From NCBI GenBank assembly GCA_031364845.1, contig JANLWX010000033.1, positions 1 to 63,355 on the forward strand: 63,355 bases of DNA, given 5' to 3'. Under the pieces are notes generated by a model. That model had not been told where the DNA came from, ran no database searches, and was given only the letters and a program-made list of their open reading frames with translations. Origin of the DNA: Candidatus Eiseniibacteriota bacterium (GTDB taxonomy: Bacteria > Eisenbacteria > RBG-16-71-46). A program made the position numbers and the translations under genes. Within the stretch, counting starts at the first letter, position 1; every line of letters begins with the position of its first letter. Positions 45,534-55,849 of the stretch are shown here, piece by piece.

Positions 45534-47408
45534 ATGGCCGCATTGACAGGTCGTATCAAGCCATATGTATCGCTTGTCCTCGCCCGTGTTGTGCGTGGCA
45601 AAGGACTGTCCGGAGTGCTCGACGCTGCCCTGACAGAGTTGCGTGCCGACTTGAAAATGACTAAGTCAGCAGACTCCAAGCGGCGGTTCATCGACCAAGC
45701 GCCAGAATCCACGACCGGTGACCTAGTAGCCGCATTGCTACGCTATCGCCAGCACCATACACCGGCATGGCTCATCCCGAACAGTGATGACGCGGAGCTC
45801 ATCGATGTACACCACCATGTGCTTATCGCGCTGCGCCGTGGCCGATATGTTGCATTTCACTGCTCCGAACCGGCGGGCCAGCAAGTGATTATTCGGAGGC
45901 TTAGTGAACCCAGGGGAGCGTTCAAGGGCCTGGAATCAATAGAGCCCCATGTGCTCAACGCCGCCTTCATTGATGGGCCGGCGAAGACCTTGTGGCTTAC
46001 CAGCCTCGGACGGAATGTCGCCACGAAGGCGGACAGCAAAGTCTTGGCGGGCATCAGCCTCCAAGACGCCCTCGACCCGCTTGCGGATCAGGCATACTAC
46101 TTTACGGCCGCAAGGGTGGAGTCGACGTTCCTTCGGGAGCCGGGGGCTCTGCGCGGCCGCAGCGTGGGTGCTGTTCCGCAGCATTCCCGCATATGGGCGG
46201 GCGCATCACGAGATTGGGAAGAGTTTGCCCGGAGGGTATCCCTTATTCTTCGTCAGCTGGAAGCGACTGAAGCTGCGAATAGATCAGAAGTAGCCCCGCT
46301 ACCAGTGCTCGCGGTCCCGACGAGCTACTCACCAGACGTCCACGGGGCCTTCGACGTAAGTATCCTTCCTCCGGAACTCTTTGCCGATGAACCGGCGGCC
46401 GATGAGGAGCAGCGGCAACGCATGGAGCGTTGGAGCTATGGCGCCAACTTTGAAATTCTTGAGACAAGCGGTCCGAATTTTAGTGCGCGACTCTCACTCG
46501 ATGGGGAGCCGCTTGGCGATTTTCGCTTCGAGGTGCGTCTAGGCCCTCGTGATCGGTTGATCCTGCATGTCGAACCGCGCCAACAGCTGACGGGAGACGC
46601 GGCTCTGTTTCGCGATGCAGAACGCATCTGCGGCAACCGAGACTGGGTGAAGATCAGGTACGACTCTGGTCATACGCTGATTTCGGGTGCCATCTTCGTC
46701 ACGCGCTTTCGCGATTATCCGTTCAGGGGCTGGCAGTTTGCCGATTTGTCGGGTTTCGACGTAACTCGGGAGAAGCCCGTTGGTGCTGACGGCAGGACCT
46801 TCGCGCCTGATCAAGTTGGCAAACAGAAGTCCCTATTCTGTTGGATTAGTACGCGATGGCCGGGGCTCGACTCCAATAGCCACGGCTCAGGGTGGCTGGC
46901 CTGTGACGACGGTCCCGGTGAGATTGCAGACTTTCTCCACCTCAATCTTCCCGCAAATGCACCTCCACTTCTAACGCTCATCCACGTGAAAGGCTCTTCA
47001 GGTCGAGGCCCGAAAAGAGGTGTCTCCGTGTCCGACTACGAGGTGGTTAGTGCCCAGGCAGTGAAGAACCTTCGCTTTCTTGACCGCACGAATCTAGCCG
47101 ATCGTTTTGAAGCCGGGGGCTCCGGCCCGGTTGGCAGGCTGGTCTGGCGAGATGGCGTGATGATGAAGAACCGGGACGGCATGGTGAAAGCGCTTCGAAG
47201 TCTTGGGGCTAATTTTCAGCGTCGGCTCGTCATTCTCCAACCGAGGATCACCCAGGCCGAGCACGACGCCGTCCGCGCCCTTCAAGCAACCGGCAAAGAC
47301 AGCCCTCGCGTCGCCCGAATGCGGCAACTCGATACGCTGCTTCTGGCGACGCAAGGCGATTGTCGCAATCTTGATGCGGAATTGGTGGTAGTTGGGGCGC
47401 GCAGTTGA
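45534..47408 (+). CDS. Hypothetical protein with a C-terminal PD-(D/E)XK-like nuclease signature
   Basis: CDDGPGEIADF...LIHVKG...YEVV..QAVKNL; GGAGG RBS; the fold call is inferred. Confidence 0.7.
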   Translation: MAALTGRIKPYVSLVLARVVRGKGLSGVLDAALTELRADLKMTKSADSKRRFIDQAPESTTGDLVAALLRYRQHHTPAWLIPNSDDAELIDVHHHVLIALRRGRYVAFHCSEPAGQQVIIRRLSEPRGAFKGLESIEPHVLNAAFIDGPAKTLWLTSLGRNVATKADSKVLAGISLQDALDPLADQAYYFTAARVESTFLREPGALRGRSVGAVPQHSRIWAGASRDWEEFARRVSLILRQLEATEAANRSEVAPLPVLAVPTSYSPDVHGAFDVSILPPELFADEPAADEEQRQRMERWSYGANFEILETSGPNFSARLSLDGEPLGDFRFEVRLGPRDRLILHVEPRQQLTGDAALFRDAERICGNRDWVKIRYDSGHTLISGAIFVTRFRDYPFRGWQFADLSGFDVTREKPVGADGRTFAPDQVGKQKSLFCWISTRWPGLDSNSHGSGWLACDDGPGEIADFLHLNLPANAPPLLTLIHVKGSSGRGPKRGVSVSDYEVVSAQAVKNLRFLDRTNLADRFEAGGSGPVGRLVWRDGVMMKNRDGMVKALRSLGANFQRRLVILQPRITQAEHDAVRALQATGKDSPRVARMRQLDTLLLATQGDCRNLDAELVVVGARS

Positions 47409-47418
47409 GCGCAAGGTA

Positions 47419-49257
47419 ATGAAGCCCAGTAAGGGCTATACGGCCCGCGTTAACAAGGTCGAGTACTTGCAGCTCGCCGGGCGTATTTACGGCCACACAG
47501 ATCGGGAATTAGAGCGGATGCTTCTGCCGATTCTCCGGATTCTCTGGCCTGCATTGGTGCGTCCGGAGGCGCGGTCGAAGCTCGACACCGCTGGCATCGA
47601 CTTTTATCTCGGGTCGCCCCCACGATTCGATCTCGTCATTCAGTGTAAAGGTAGCATCAAGGACGAGGTTACAAGCAAAGTGGTACGCAGCGCTGCTGCC
47701 TCGAGCGTGAAATTCCGCCGGAGCGGGCTGTCGTCGGAGCGCTACCTACTCTTCACGAACAAGCCAGTGAAGGGTCGGGAGATCGCGGCCTCTATGGGGA
47801 CCGTCTTAGACACCCTGCGTGAATCAGGGTCGGCGTTCGCAGCTGAGCATTGGGACACGCGCGAGCTTCTCAAGCAGTTGTTCAACCATCTCGTGCGTCG
47901 AGTAATCGCTCACTTGCGCTCAGTAACCGGCGCTGCTGTTCGCGAGCATCTCGTGTTAGAGCCACCGCTGTGTGCCGATCTCATCGAAGTGCCATGTGGA
48001 CGACGGTTGCTGGCCGTCGATCCACAACAAATCCGGACTGCCAACGAGCTCGAGGCGGGGTTACTGGATCCAGCCAAACTGCTGTTCGACTCACCGCGAA
48101 GCAATCTCTCGGTCTTGCTCGGCGAGTACGGATACGGGAAAACCATCTGCCTGATTAGGGGCGTCGCCGACGCGGCACGGACCGTGATCTTTATCCCTGC
48201 TGCCCGCATCCCGAACGAGACGCTTAACACCAAGTCCCTGCTGATGTCGTGCGTGAATCTCGACGGGTTTGGTCAAGACTACGATGGTGAAACGCGTATG
48301 GAAGCTCTGCGATTGACCAGAGGGGTTCTCGAATACCTCTTTAAGCGGGACAAGGAGCCGTGGGCCCTTGTCATCGACGGGCTGGACGAGTCCGCGGAGC
48401 TCAACAGACCCGGACGCTTGCGGAACCTCATCAATGCGCTCCGAGAAATCAAGATCCCGGTCGTGCTTTCAGCACGCACAGAGTGGTGGCGGGTGCAGGA
48501 GTCTGAACTGCGGTCACGCGATCCCGGCTCAAGAAAGCAAGAACCAATCGTTCGTAAGTGGCAGGTCGTCAATCTGGAAATGTGGGGCTATCGCGAGGTC
48601 GCCGCATTTGCACAGCGGTTTGCTAGTTCGCGTTCCGAGCCGGCATCAATCCAGAGGATCCTAACCTTCGCTACACTTGTGCAGGAAGGAAGCTACGAGC
48701 GGTTCTATGGCGATATCCCAAGACGGCCGCTCTTTCTTCGTTGGATTCTTGAGACTCTCGAGACCGATGAGATTCGACCAGAGAATCGGGTCTCGCTGTT
48801 TGAGCACTGGCTACGTCTCAAACTTGAGCGTGACTTCGGACGACCGTTAGATTTGGGAGGCGCAGGAAGAGTAGGTATCGCTTCGACCGAAGAGAAGTTG
48901 CTGGTTCGGCGCCGCCTCGCCCGCGCTGCAATGGAAGCAGCAGCGGGGTGCATGCACGAGCACGTCGACGACGCAATATTGTTGCGCGCAGAATGTTCCT
49001 TCGAGAAGTTGAGGGGAATGTGCCCTGAACTTGCGGACGTCATAGACCCGACCGGCCTAGTCATCAATAGCTTGCTTCGGGCAGTCCGACGGAAGGAGGA
49101 GGATTACTGGATGTCCTTTACGCATCGGGCGTATCAAGAATACTTCTTGGCGCAGTGGTTGAAGTCACACCACGCGTCGGCTGATGGATACCCGCCTGCC
49201 GTTGCGGAGTGGCTGCAACTCATTAACGAACATGAGACAAAAGCGCCCCTTGAATGA
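47419..49257 (+). CDS. REase-like domain + NACHT/STAND-like NTPase with no C-terminal sensor repeats
   Basis: GIDF...IQCK; Walker A GEYGYGKT; Walker B LVIDGLDE; PLFL; FTHRAYQEYFLA. Confidence 0.82.
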   Translation: MKPSKGYTARVNKVEYLQLAGRIYGHTDRELERMLLPILRILWPALVRPEARSKLDTAGIDFYLGSPPRFDLVIQCKGSIKDEVTSKVVRSAAASSVKFRRSGLSSERYLLFTNKPVKGREIAASMGTVLDTLRESGSAFAAEHWDTRELLKQLFNHLVRRVIAHLRSVTGAAVREHLVLEPPLCADLIEVPCGRRLLAVDPQQIRTANELEAGLLDPAKLLFDSPRSNLSVLLGEYGYGKTICLIRGVADAARTVIFIPAARIPNETLNTKSLLMSCVNLDGFGQDYDGETRMEALRLTRGVLEYLFKRDKEPWALVIDGLDESAELNRPGRLRNLINALREIKIPVVLSARTEWWRVQESELRSRDPGSRKQEPIVRKWQVVNLEMWGYREVAAFAQRFASSRSEPASIQRILTFATLVQEGSYERFYGDIPRRPLFLRWILETLETDEIRPENRVSLFEHWLRLKLERDFGRPLDLGGAGRVGIASTEEKLLVRRRLARAAMEAAAGCMHEHVDDAILLRAECSFEKLRGMCPELADVIDPTGLVINSLLRAVRRKEEDYWMSFTHRAYQEYFLAQWLKSHHASADGYPPAVAEWLQLINEHETKAPLE

Positions 49258-49266
49258 AAGGGGCGC
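49243..49266 (-). terminator. Intrinsic terminator-like hairpin between convergent ORFs
   Basis: gcgcccctt-gaatga-aaggggcgc preceded by aaaa, which is a U-tract on the minus strand. Confidence 0.6.
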
Positions 49267-49272
49267 CCGGAG

Positions 49273-49647
49273 CTAGGGTGCGTTGCGAAGTGAAGCCTCG
49301 ACGTCGACGACCACACGGTATGCGTAGAGCAAACCGTTGAAGAGGCCGTGGGCTTCAATGAACACCTGGCTGACAGATGTGACGTCTTGGTAGGGCCGAG
49401 AGAGTATGAGTGTCCATCGCCCGGGGGATCCTGAATTTAGGATGCGGGCTGCTTGGTCTGTGGTCAGGTAGGCTTGAGCCACCCAACGCGCTTTCTCGAG
49501 AAATTTTTGATCGACGACATGACAGGAGAGCTGAATATCCATCATGGCTTTGGACGATAGGCTCACATGTACGGCAATACTGAAACCCCTGTTGATGCCA
49601 AGCCTTGCCAAGCGGAAGCGCTCAACGAACAAGTGCGAATCCGGCAT
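49273..49647 (-). CDS. Hypothetical protein, possibly 5'-truncated
   Basis: 124-aa ORF ending just before a minus-strand terminator. Confidence 0.35.
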   Translation of the reverse strand: MPDSHLFVERFRLARLGINRGFSIAVHVSLSSKAMMDIQLSCHVVDQKFLEKARWVAQAYLTTDQAARILNSGSPGRWTLILSRPYQDVTSVSQVFIEAHGLFNGLLYAYRVVVDVEASLRNAP

Positions 49648-50080
49648 TCAATAGCCTCCAGAAAACAAGGAGTGGAACCATTCGACTCCTTGAGGCTGGA
49701 AGCGATTGTCGCGGTCGTTCTAGCACATAAACCGTTACACGTCAATGGTTTACGCCGACAAATCAGTGCGCATATAGCTATTTGGCTGGAGCCGCTTCCA
49801 ACCGGCTACAGCGGCCCCGAAACCATGACGGGGCGAGACGGCCTGCTCAAGCGATTGACCGGCGTCCTTGTAGAACGCGCGCTGGCGGCCCGAGATGCCC
49901 GTCATCTGGCCACGAACCCGGGTGAGGCGGGTTCTAACGGCAACGCTCGCAATGTGACGACCCTGAAGACTATGACGACCGAGCAGGCAACTTCGATCAG
50001 CGCGATCGCAACGATATCTTTGCGTCGCACTTGGTGAAGGGAGCGCCGTCTGCGCTTGACCGGCTTCGACGATTCAGTCC

Positions 50081-50734
50081 TCACGGAGAACGCGTAAGGT
50101 ATCCCGACGTGCAGGTGATCCGACCGAGACACGGGTCCGCAATCCTTTCTATCTCGGCTCCGTATTGAGCGGTGCGAACGACGGCAAAGGCTCGAACCTG
50201 GCTGGTCGGGAAAGCGTCTCGGAGTAGCGATACGCTCGCGAGCAGGATCGCTCCCCTGGTAATGACGTCATCGACAACCACGATCTCGGTTGGGGTATGT
50301 CCGAGTTCCGCTTGGACGGTCATTGAACCGTAGTGGATGTTCGGTGAGGGCCGTTCGCCTGGAGCCGCGAAGGCTGCCTTTGGGACAGCCTTGACGCGCT
50401 TGAGCAAGGGGGAAACTCGGCTTCCAAAGCCTTCGACCTTCAAGGCGTCGCAGATTCGCTGCGCTGGCCATAGGCCGTTCTTGAGGGGTAGCGCACTGCG
50501 GGGTGCTGGGACCAGAACGACGTCGCCATGGAGGAGGGTCTCTAGCGCGGAGCCGGACCATTCTTCACGCAGACGCTTCGCCGCAAACTGCGACATAGTC
50601 AGGCCGCTGGAAAGGCGGACTGAGTCATTCTTCAGGCCGTACGTGATTGTCCGCGAATTCTGGGATACTTCCGAGCTTCCTCGCGGCGAGTAAACCAGGA
50701 AAGCGCCGAAGATCGCTTCAGAAAGCAGCGGCAG
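50081..50734 (-). CDS. Phosphoribosyltransferase-like protein coupled to DprA
   Basis: LVPAPRS; PRPP loop VVVDDVITRGA; overlaps the DprA stop; start probably CTG near 50734. Confidence 0.85.
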   Translation of the reverse strand: MPLLSEAIFGAFLVYSPRGSSEVSQNSRTITYGLKNDSVRLSSGLTMSQFAAKRLREEWSGSALETLLHGDVVLVPAPRSALPLKNGLWPAQRICDALKVEGFGSRVSPLLKRVKAVPKAAFAAPGERPSPNIHYGSMTVQAELGHTPTEIVVVDDVITRGAILLASVSLLRDAFPTSQVRAFAVVRTAQYGAEIERIADPCLGRITCTSGYLTRSP

Positions 50735-51416
50735 ACAGCTGCCTTCCGTCGGCTGGCAATACGTCGAGCAGATCCTCCGTGCTCGAGAGCAAACGAGCTC
50801 CGTAGCCGAGCATCTCCTGGGGCCAAGTAAGCGATCGGTTCTCAAGGACCGATTGCATCATGAACAGTGGGCGACCAAGCCGCAGCGCCTCCCAGCCTTG
50901 GGACAAAGTTCCGCTGGAATCTCCAGCTTCGACAATGACCGAGGCGTGGCACATGAGAGCCATTGTGCGATTTCTTCGCGGAAAATTCGAAGGCCTGACC
51001 GGATAGCCGATCGGAAATTCAGAAACAACCAGGTGTTCCCGAGCTAGCAGCTGCTGCAGTTCCGCGTGCTCTTTCGGATAGGCCTGATCAAGCGGCGTGC
51101 CGATCACGGCGATGGTCCTGCCGCCGGCCTCGAGGGCGGCGCGTTGCGCCGTCCCGTCGACCCCCTTGGCAAGTCCGCTGACGACGACTACGTTCCGCTC
51201 GACTAGTTCGCGAGCAAGCTTCGCCGCTCGTCGAAGACCGTCAGAACTTGCTTCACGTGATCCAACCATCGCTACGCGTACGGTGCCTTGGGCAAGACGG
51301 AAGTCACCCGCGGCGAACAGGCTCTTGGGCGCGTTAAGCGTCTCGATGTCGTTTAGCGGGCCAAGGAGTTCGTTTGGAGACAGGCTCTGAAAAGGCGGTG
51401 CTGGGATCTTGGCCAT
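50718..51416 (-). CDS. dprA: DprA/Smf (SLOG) family protein, short form
   Basis: VAMVGSR, VVSGLAKGVD, YPKEH, SEF, FPRRNR, VEAG..SGTL. Confidence 0.93.
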   Translation of the reverse strand: MAKIPAPPFQSLSPNELLGPLNDIETLNAPKSLFAAGDFRLAQGTVRVAMVGSREASSDGLRRAAKLARELVERNVVVVSGLAKGVDGTAQRAALEAGGRTIAVIGTPLDQAYPKEHAELQQLLAREHLVVSEFPIGYPVRPSNFPRRNRTMALMCHASVIVEAGDSSGTLSQGWEALRLGRPLFMMQSVLENRSLTWPQEMLGYGARLLSSTEDLLDVLPADGRQLSAAAF

Positions 51417-51611
51417 GGACGCCCTTTCTTCCGAGTTTGAGCTACGTCCTCAATCAGAAACTAGACGATTGAAGGAAGGGGATTCAACGGCCAAAATTAT
51501 CCCGTTGCCGCTTCCGTTGCCCTGGCGCCCGCCAAGCTCAAGCTGCAGGATGGACCAGCACCCTTGCCCAGCGGAGAGGATAGTCGCTAAACGATGCTAC
51601 CGCCATGGAGC

Positions 51612-52250
51612 ATGCAGGGCGATTTGATGCGCTTTTCAAGGCTGGATGGGTGCTCGATCCCGGTCTTCGCCATCGGCTTTCGAATCGAGGATAGCTTTGC
51701 GGATCCTTGGACAGAGCGATTCAACCAGTTCAAATTCGGCCATGCCACCCGACAGTCGGCCGCCATCAAAGGGGCCTGTGCGACCCTCCCGGCCGCAATT
51801 ATGTCCGCGGGCCTTCCGACTTCCGCCACGATTGTCTCGGCCATCGGGTCGGCGGACGTGACCTTGGACGTGAAAAGTCCTTTAGCGAAGTTGGGAATAG
51901 CGGTCGCTGCTCGGACCGGGTGGGACTGGCAGCCGGGTGTCCTGCAAAAGCGCGCGCATCAGTCCCTCAAGACCCTGCGTTCGGCTGAGGATCGGGATGC
52001 CATGGTCGGGGGGGTGTACACCGCCGGCGCCGTACAGGCCGCGACGATAGTCATCCTCGATGACTTCGCGACTCGTGGGTCTACGATCGAGGATATCGCG
52101 CGGGCGCTGCGCACTAGGCAGCCGACGATCGAGTTGTACGGCGTCGTGCTAGCCAAGAATGAGAGAATTGAGTGGTCGGAGCGTCTTGGGCAGCCTGTCA
52201 GCAACGGGCACATTCCTCGGCGACTCGAGGATCTTTGGGATACTGAATAG
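51612..52250 (+). CDS. Second phosphoribosyltransferase-like protein, divergent from DprA
   Basis: PRPP loop VILDDFATRGST; GGAG RBS. Confidence 0.82.
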   Translation: MQGDLMRFSRLDGCSIPVFAIGFRIEDSFADPWTERFNQFKFGHATRQSAAIKGACATLPAAIMSAGLPTSATIVSAIGSADVTLDVKSPLAKLGIAVAARTGWDWQPGVLQKRAHQSLKTLRSAEDRDAMVGGVYTAGAVQAATIVILDDFATRGSTIEDIARALRTRQPTIELYGVVLAKNERIEWSERLGQPVSNGHIPRRLEDLWDTE

Positions 52251-52281
52251 TTGTGCAAGGTCCCAGGAATTGTGAAGTTTG

Positions 52282-52878
52282 TCACCTACTCTTGGGCTGA
52301 TTCCAGACCACGTAGCGCTGGCGATTGACGCTAAGCAATGAAAAAGTGATGTACAGGGCGCCGGTCAGCCCTGTGGCTGCAAAGGCAGTCCCAAGCCTTC
52401 CCCAAAAGTCCAGCATCCAGCGCATGCGCTGGCCTTCGAAGGTAGTCGAGTCAATAAAGTGCGTGGGCTGAGAACCCCACAGGCAAATCGCCGCGAGTAG
52501 TAAGAAAAGGACGCCAGTGAAGGCCTCCGGTCCGCGCTCACGGAACGCGCGACGGAGCCGCCCCCGGACGAAGTTCCCATCGTGTATGACCTTTTCACCA
52601 TCCTTCTCTAGAATCTCTAGTGTACCAACCGGTTGAAAGGCGTGATCACGTACGCGCCAATGCCTCCGATAGTCGAGCACAAGCGATTCGCAGAGGTCCT
52701 CCGTGGCCTTGCGAACATCCGCGGAGTCATCACTCTCAATCCGAAACGTAAGAACATCGGGTTGTTCTCGGCTGACTATGCCCCACGTGTTTGTTCGAGC
52801 CCTAAAGACAGTCAAAACGTGACCTCGCCGAAGGTCACCCTGCTTGGGTTGTGGAATCGTCGCAAGAATACGCTCCAT
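52282..52878 (-). CDS. Hypothetical protein with two C-terminal TM helices
   Basis: ATG at 52878; hydrophobic segments FTGVLFLLLAAICLW and LGTAFAATGLTGALYITFSLL. Confidence 0.6.
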   Translation of the reverse strand: MERILATIPQPKQGDLRRGHVLTVFRARTNTWGIVSREQPDVLTFRIESDDSADVRKATEDLCESLVLDYRRHWRVRDHAFQPVGTLEILEKDGEKVIHDGNFVRGRLRRAFRERGPEAFTGVLFLLLAAICLWGSQPTHFIDSTTFEGQRMRWMLDFWGRLGTAFAATGLTGALYITFSLLSVNRQRYVVWNQPKSR

Positions 52879-53250
52879 ATGAGTTGTTACTTCGCTGCTG
52901 GACTGGTTTGGGTGGGGCATCCAGCCAAGGACATCGAGGATGACTGGCAAATGGTCATCTGGGATTCGCGTTTTCCATCGGCTTCTGGCCCGCATGCGGC
53001 ACGGCCTCCTCAATTGGGGGAGTGTTTGTCTGATTTGCACATCCGGCGCCCGTGTACACACGCGCGGTCCGGGACACAAACGCGCACTCAATTAAGTGTG
53101 AAGAACGTTCGGTGACGACGCCACAAATAGGCTATCCGTGCCTCGCACGCCTTCAACTAGCTGAAGAACATGGTGTTTTGCGCCGTCTATTCTGGTCCCT
53201 TGGCTCCTGATCCCATCTTCCAGTCCATTTGTGGACAGAAACTGTAGCCA

Positions 53251-54270
53251 CTACCAGATTGACGCGGAAGTGGAGTCGAAAAATTCGACATCCAGCGCCG
53301 GCTTCCTGGTTCTCATGGTCTGCAGTGCGACTGCTCGCCTCTTCAGCGATCTGTTCCCCGGACCCTCGGGATCACCATGGATCCCGACGAGCAGGTTTGT
53401 CACCTTGCTGTGGACAATCGCGCTCAAGATGTGATCATCGGAAGCCCCGAAGGAGAAACCTACCACGACGAGGGTTCCTCCGATGCTCGTGAAGCTGCGA
53501 TAGGCTCGGGACAGGTAGTCGCTGTGACGAATACGACGCATCTTACTGCGACTATCCCCTTCTGCCACGAATAGCGGGTAGTAGTCTTTCGCCAACGCTT
53601 CCCGGATCTGCTCGAGTAGCCGAATACCGGTGCGCGTCCATGTGTACTTTTGGAGCTCGTCCCCGGCATCAAAGATGTGTAATCCACCGTGTAAGTAGAA
53701 GATGCGTTGACGGTCCGTCTTTTCGACGTCCCACGTAACGTAGGGTGCGTGTCTGTCCTCGGGGGCGCGAAATCCGTCATCACACTCAATTGCAGGTTGA
53801 AGCTCATCCTGCATGAACGCCCAATACATGAGCAGATCGTAGTTAAGTGAATAGATGCGATCAAAGCGAGCCAGAAAGTGCCGGCACCGCTCGTAGCTTG
53901 CATTGCTAATCTCGGCCGGGAACGGAGGATGGTTGCCGGCGATTGCCTCGACAAGTACTTCGCGAAGAGAGCTCGCATCACTTCGCATTGCCTTGCTCCG
54001 TGGTGTGGGCGTGCCGTCGTAAACCTCGAGTAGGGCTGCAGCGCTTCGCATCGCACGCATCACGATTTCGAAGTCTGTCGTATTGAGCGCTCCGAACGCC
54101 GCCTTCGCCTCCGCCGAGCACTTTTCGAAGTCCGCGCGCTCAAACAGCGACTTGTACGAGAAGATGTCATCGCGACACGCCCTGCTGAACCCATTTCCCA
54201 ACAGGACGTGCGGTTTCTTGTCGGGCGAGTGTTTCTTGATTGCCTTGTCGAGAGTCAATTGTATGGCCAT
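53251..54270 (-). CDS. DUF4917 (SIR2-like) protein
   Basis: LLGNGFS, YSLNYDLL.YW, DDGF, YLHGGLH, PLFVAEG, GFSFG.SD.HI; AGGAG RBS. Confidence 0.9.
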   Translation of the reverse strand: MAIQLTLDKAIKKHSPDKKPHVLLGNGFSRACRDDIFSYKSLFERADFEKCSAEAKAAFGALNTTDFEIVMRAMRSAAALLEVYDGTPTPRSKAMRSDASSLREVLVEAIAGNHPPFPAEISNASYERCRHFLARFDRIYSLNYDLLMYWAFMQDELQPAIECDDGFRAPEDRHAPYVTWDVEKTDRQRIFYLHGGLHIFDAGDELQKYTWTRTGIRLLEQIREALAKDYYPLFVAEGDSRSKMRRIRHSDYLSRAYRSFTSIGGTLVVVGFSFGASDDHILSAIVHSKVTNLLVGIHGDPEGPGNRSLKRRAVALQTMRTRKPALDVEFFDSTSASIW

Positions 54271-54364
54271 CTCATCTCCTTGAGTCGCACGCCAAGGTCG
54301 CGCCAGCTCTTACGCGTCGAAGGCGCCGTAGCTTCACGAAATAAGGTGACGGAGCACAAGAGGG

Positions 54365-55600
54365 CTAGAGATCTTGCCACTCTTCGTCGTCCGTGCGTAC
54401 GCGAAGGATGAACCTGTCCAATAGCGGAACCGCCAGAGAATATTTGGCCCACCGATTCTTGTAGACTAATCCGGCGTCACCAAGGGATGCGAGCATTTGG
54501 TTAACGTGACTTGGGCTAAATGCTTTGGACAACACGCGCTGACTACTTTCCACGATGTCCTGAACAGTAAATTCGGAATCGGAATTATCAAGCTTCGCGA
54601 TAGCCCACAGAAGATCGCGTTGGCGATCAGTGGCGCGAGACCATCGTCCCGCGAAGAAATCGGCGTCAAGCTTGCGCGTAATCTCGTCCATGGGTATCGG
54701 GGCCAGTGCATGACCGGAGGCAGCATCAGACACCCAGATGTCGAAGCATTCCCGGCACACATATTGAATAAAGTAGGGATACCCGGCCGACATATCTGCA
54801 ATCGTCTCGACAGAGGCGGACTCGAATTGTACGGGACACTTAGCATCCGCAATCGGTTTCAAAATGGCTTGGCGAGTAGCGACTGGGTCGAGTGAGTTAA
54901 GGCTGATCACATGGAACATCCGTTCCGCGTATGTGCGGGCCTCAACCAACTTCGGAAACAGTGTCGGCAATCCCGTCAAAGCAAGCATGAAAGGGATTTC
55001 TTGTCGCTGTATCGACTGAAAGACATCTAGAAGCAATGAGAGGGGGTACTCCTCTTTCGCTGCATGATCAGAAAGGTTCTGGGCCTCGTCATAGGCGAAA
55101 ATGATGCCACGCTTGCCAGTGTGACGGAGAACTTTCCAGACTTCTTGAAGTACCCGTTTGAGCTTGTCGGAGCTGAGTCCAGGGGTGTTATGAAATTGAT
55201 CTTGCAATGCTTGGTAGTCGAGAACGCGATGGGCCAGGCCTGGTGTTTCTGAATCGTCGTGGCCCGCTTCCGGCACGATACCAAACGACCTCGTGGCCAC
55301 GGACAAGTCAGTCAGCAAGCGAACAACGACGTTGATCTCGCTCAACGTTGCTGACTCGGACAAATCGGTCCCAACCCATACCCAGCCCGCGGATAGAGCA
55401 ATTGGCTTGAAGGTCTCAAGCAGGACGGTTTTCCCCACGCCTCGAAGCCCTGTCAACACAAGACTTTGCAGGACAATGTCTTGGCGGAGCAGTCGCGCAA
55501 ATTCTTCGATTTCTGACTCCCTGCCAGCCAGATACCTCGGCATGTGGCCGGCCCCTGGACGGTAGGGATTAGCGAACTTTTCGAATTGAGCCTTCGGCAT
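54365..55600 (-). CDS. AAA+/STAND-like ATPase with a probable C-terminal winged HTH
   Basis: NPYRPGAG..P..LAGRE, GLRGVGKT, DEAQ, GYPYFIQ, L...GLVY. Confidence 0.9.
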   Translation of the reverse strand: MPKAQFEKFANPYRPGAGHMPRYLAGRESEIEEFARLLRQDIVLQSLVLTGLRGVGKTVLLETFKPIALSAGWVWVGTDLSESATLSEINVVVRLLTDLSVATRSFGIVPEAGHDDSETPGLAHRVLDYQALQDQFHNTPGLSSDKLKRVLQEVWKVLRHTGKRGIIFAYDEAQNLSDHAAKEEYPLSLLLDVFQSIQRQEIPFMLALTGLPTLFPKLVEARTYAERMFHVISLNSLDPVATRQAILKPIADAKCPVQFESASVETIADMSAGYPYFIQYVCRECFDIWVSDAASGHALAPIPMDEITRKLDADFFAGRWSRATDRQRDLLWAIAKLDNSDSEFTVQDIVESSQRVLSKAFSPSHVNQMLASLGDAGLVYKNRWAKYSLAVPLLDRFILRVRTDDEEWQDL

Positions 55601-55688
55601 GGACGCTCCGCAAGTAAAAGGTGCACCGGAGCTTAAAGGAATCTGATAGGCAACTCAAGGCGTAATTACTGGTATGACTAAATTAAGC

Positions 55689-55718
55689 TTGACGGCTAAA
55701 TGTTCATTGGTTTATCCT
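55689..55718 (+). promoter_or_regulatory. Candidate sigma70 promoter for the CBASS operon
   Basis: TTGACG-18 bp-TATCCT in an AT-rich divergent intergenic region. Confidence 0.4.
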
Positions 55719-55849
55719 TCGGTTGTGACTCCCCGCAATTTCAAAGGCCGGAGCCCCTCGGCTCGGGAATGTGACCTGAACGCACCGAAGAAGCCCCAGA
55801 CGCTAGCTGAATATGCGCCAAGCGCCCCGCCAGCGCACAACAGGGAGAG

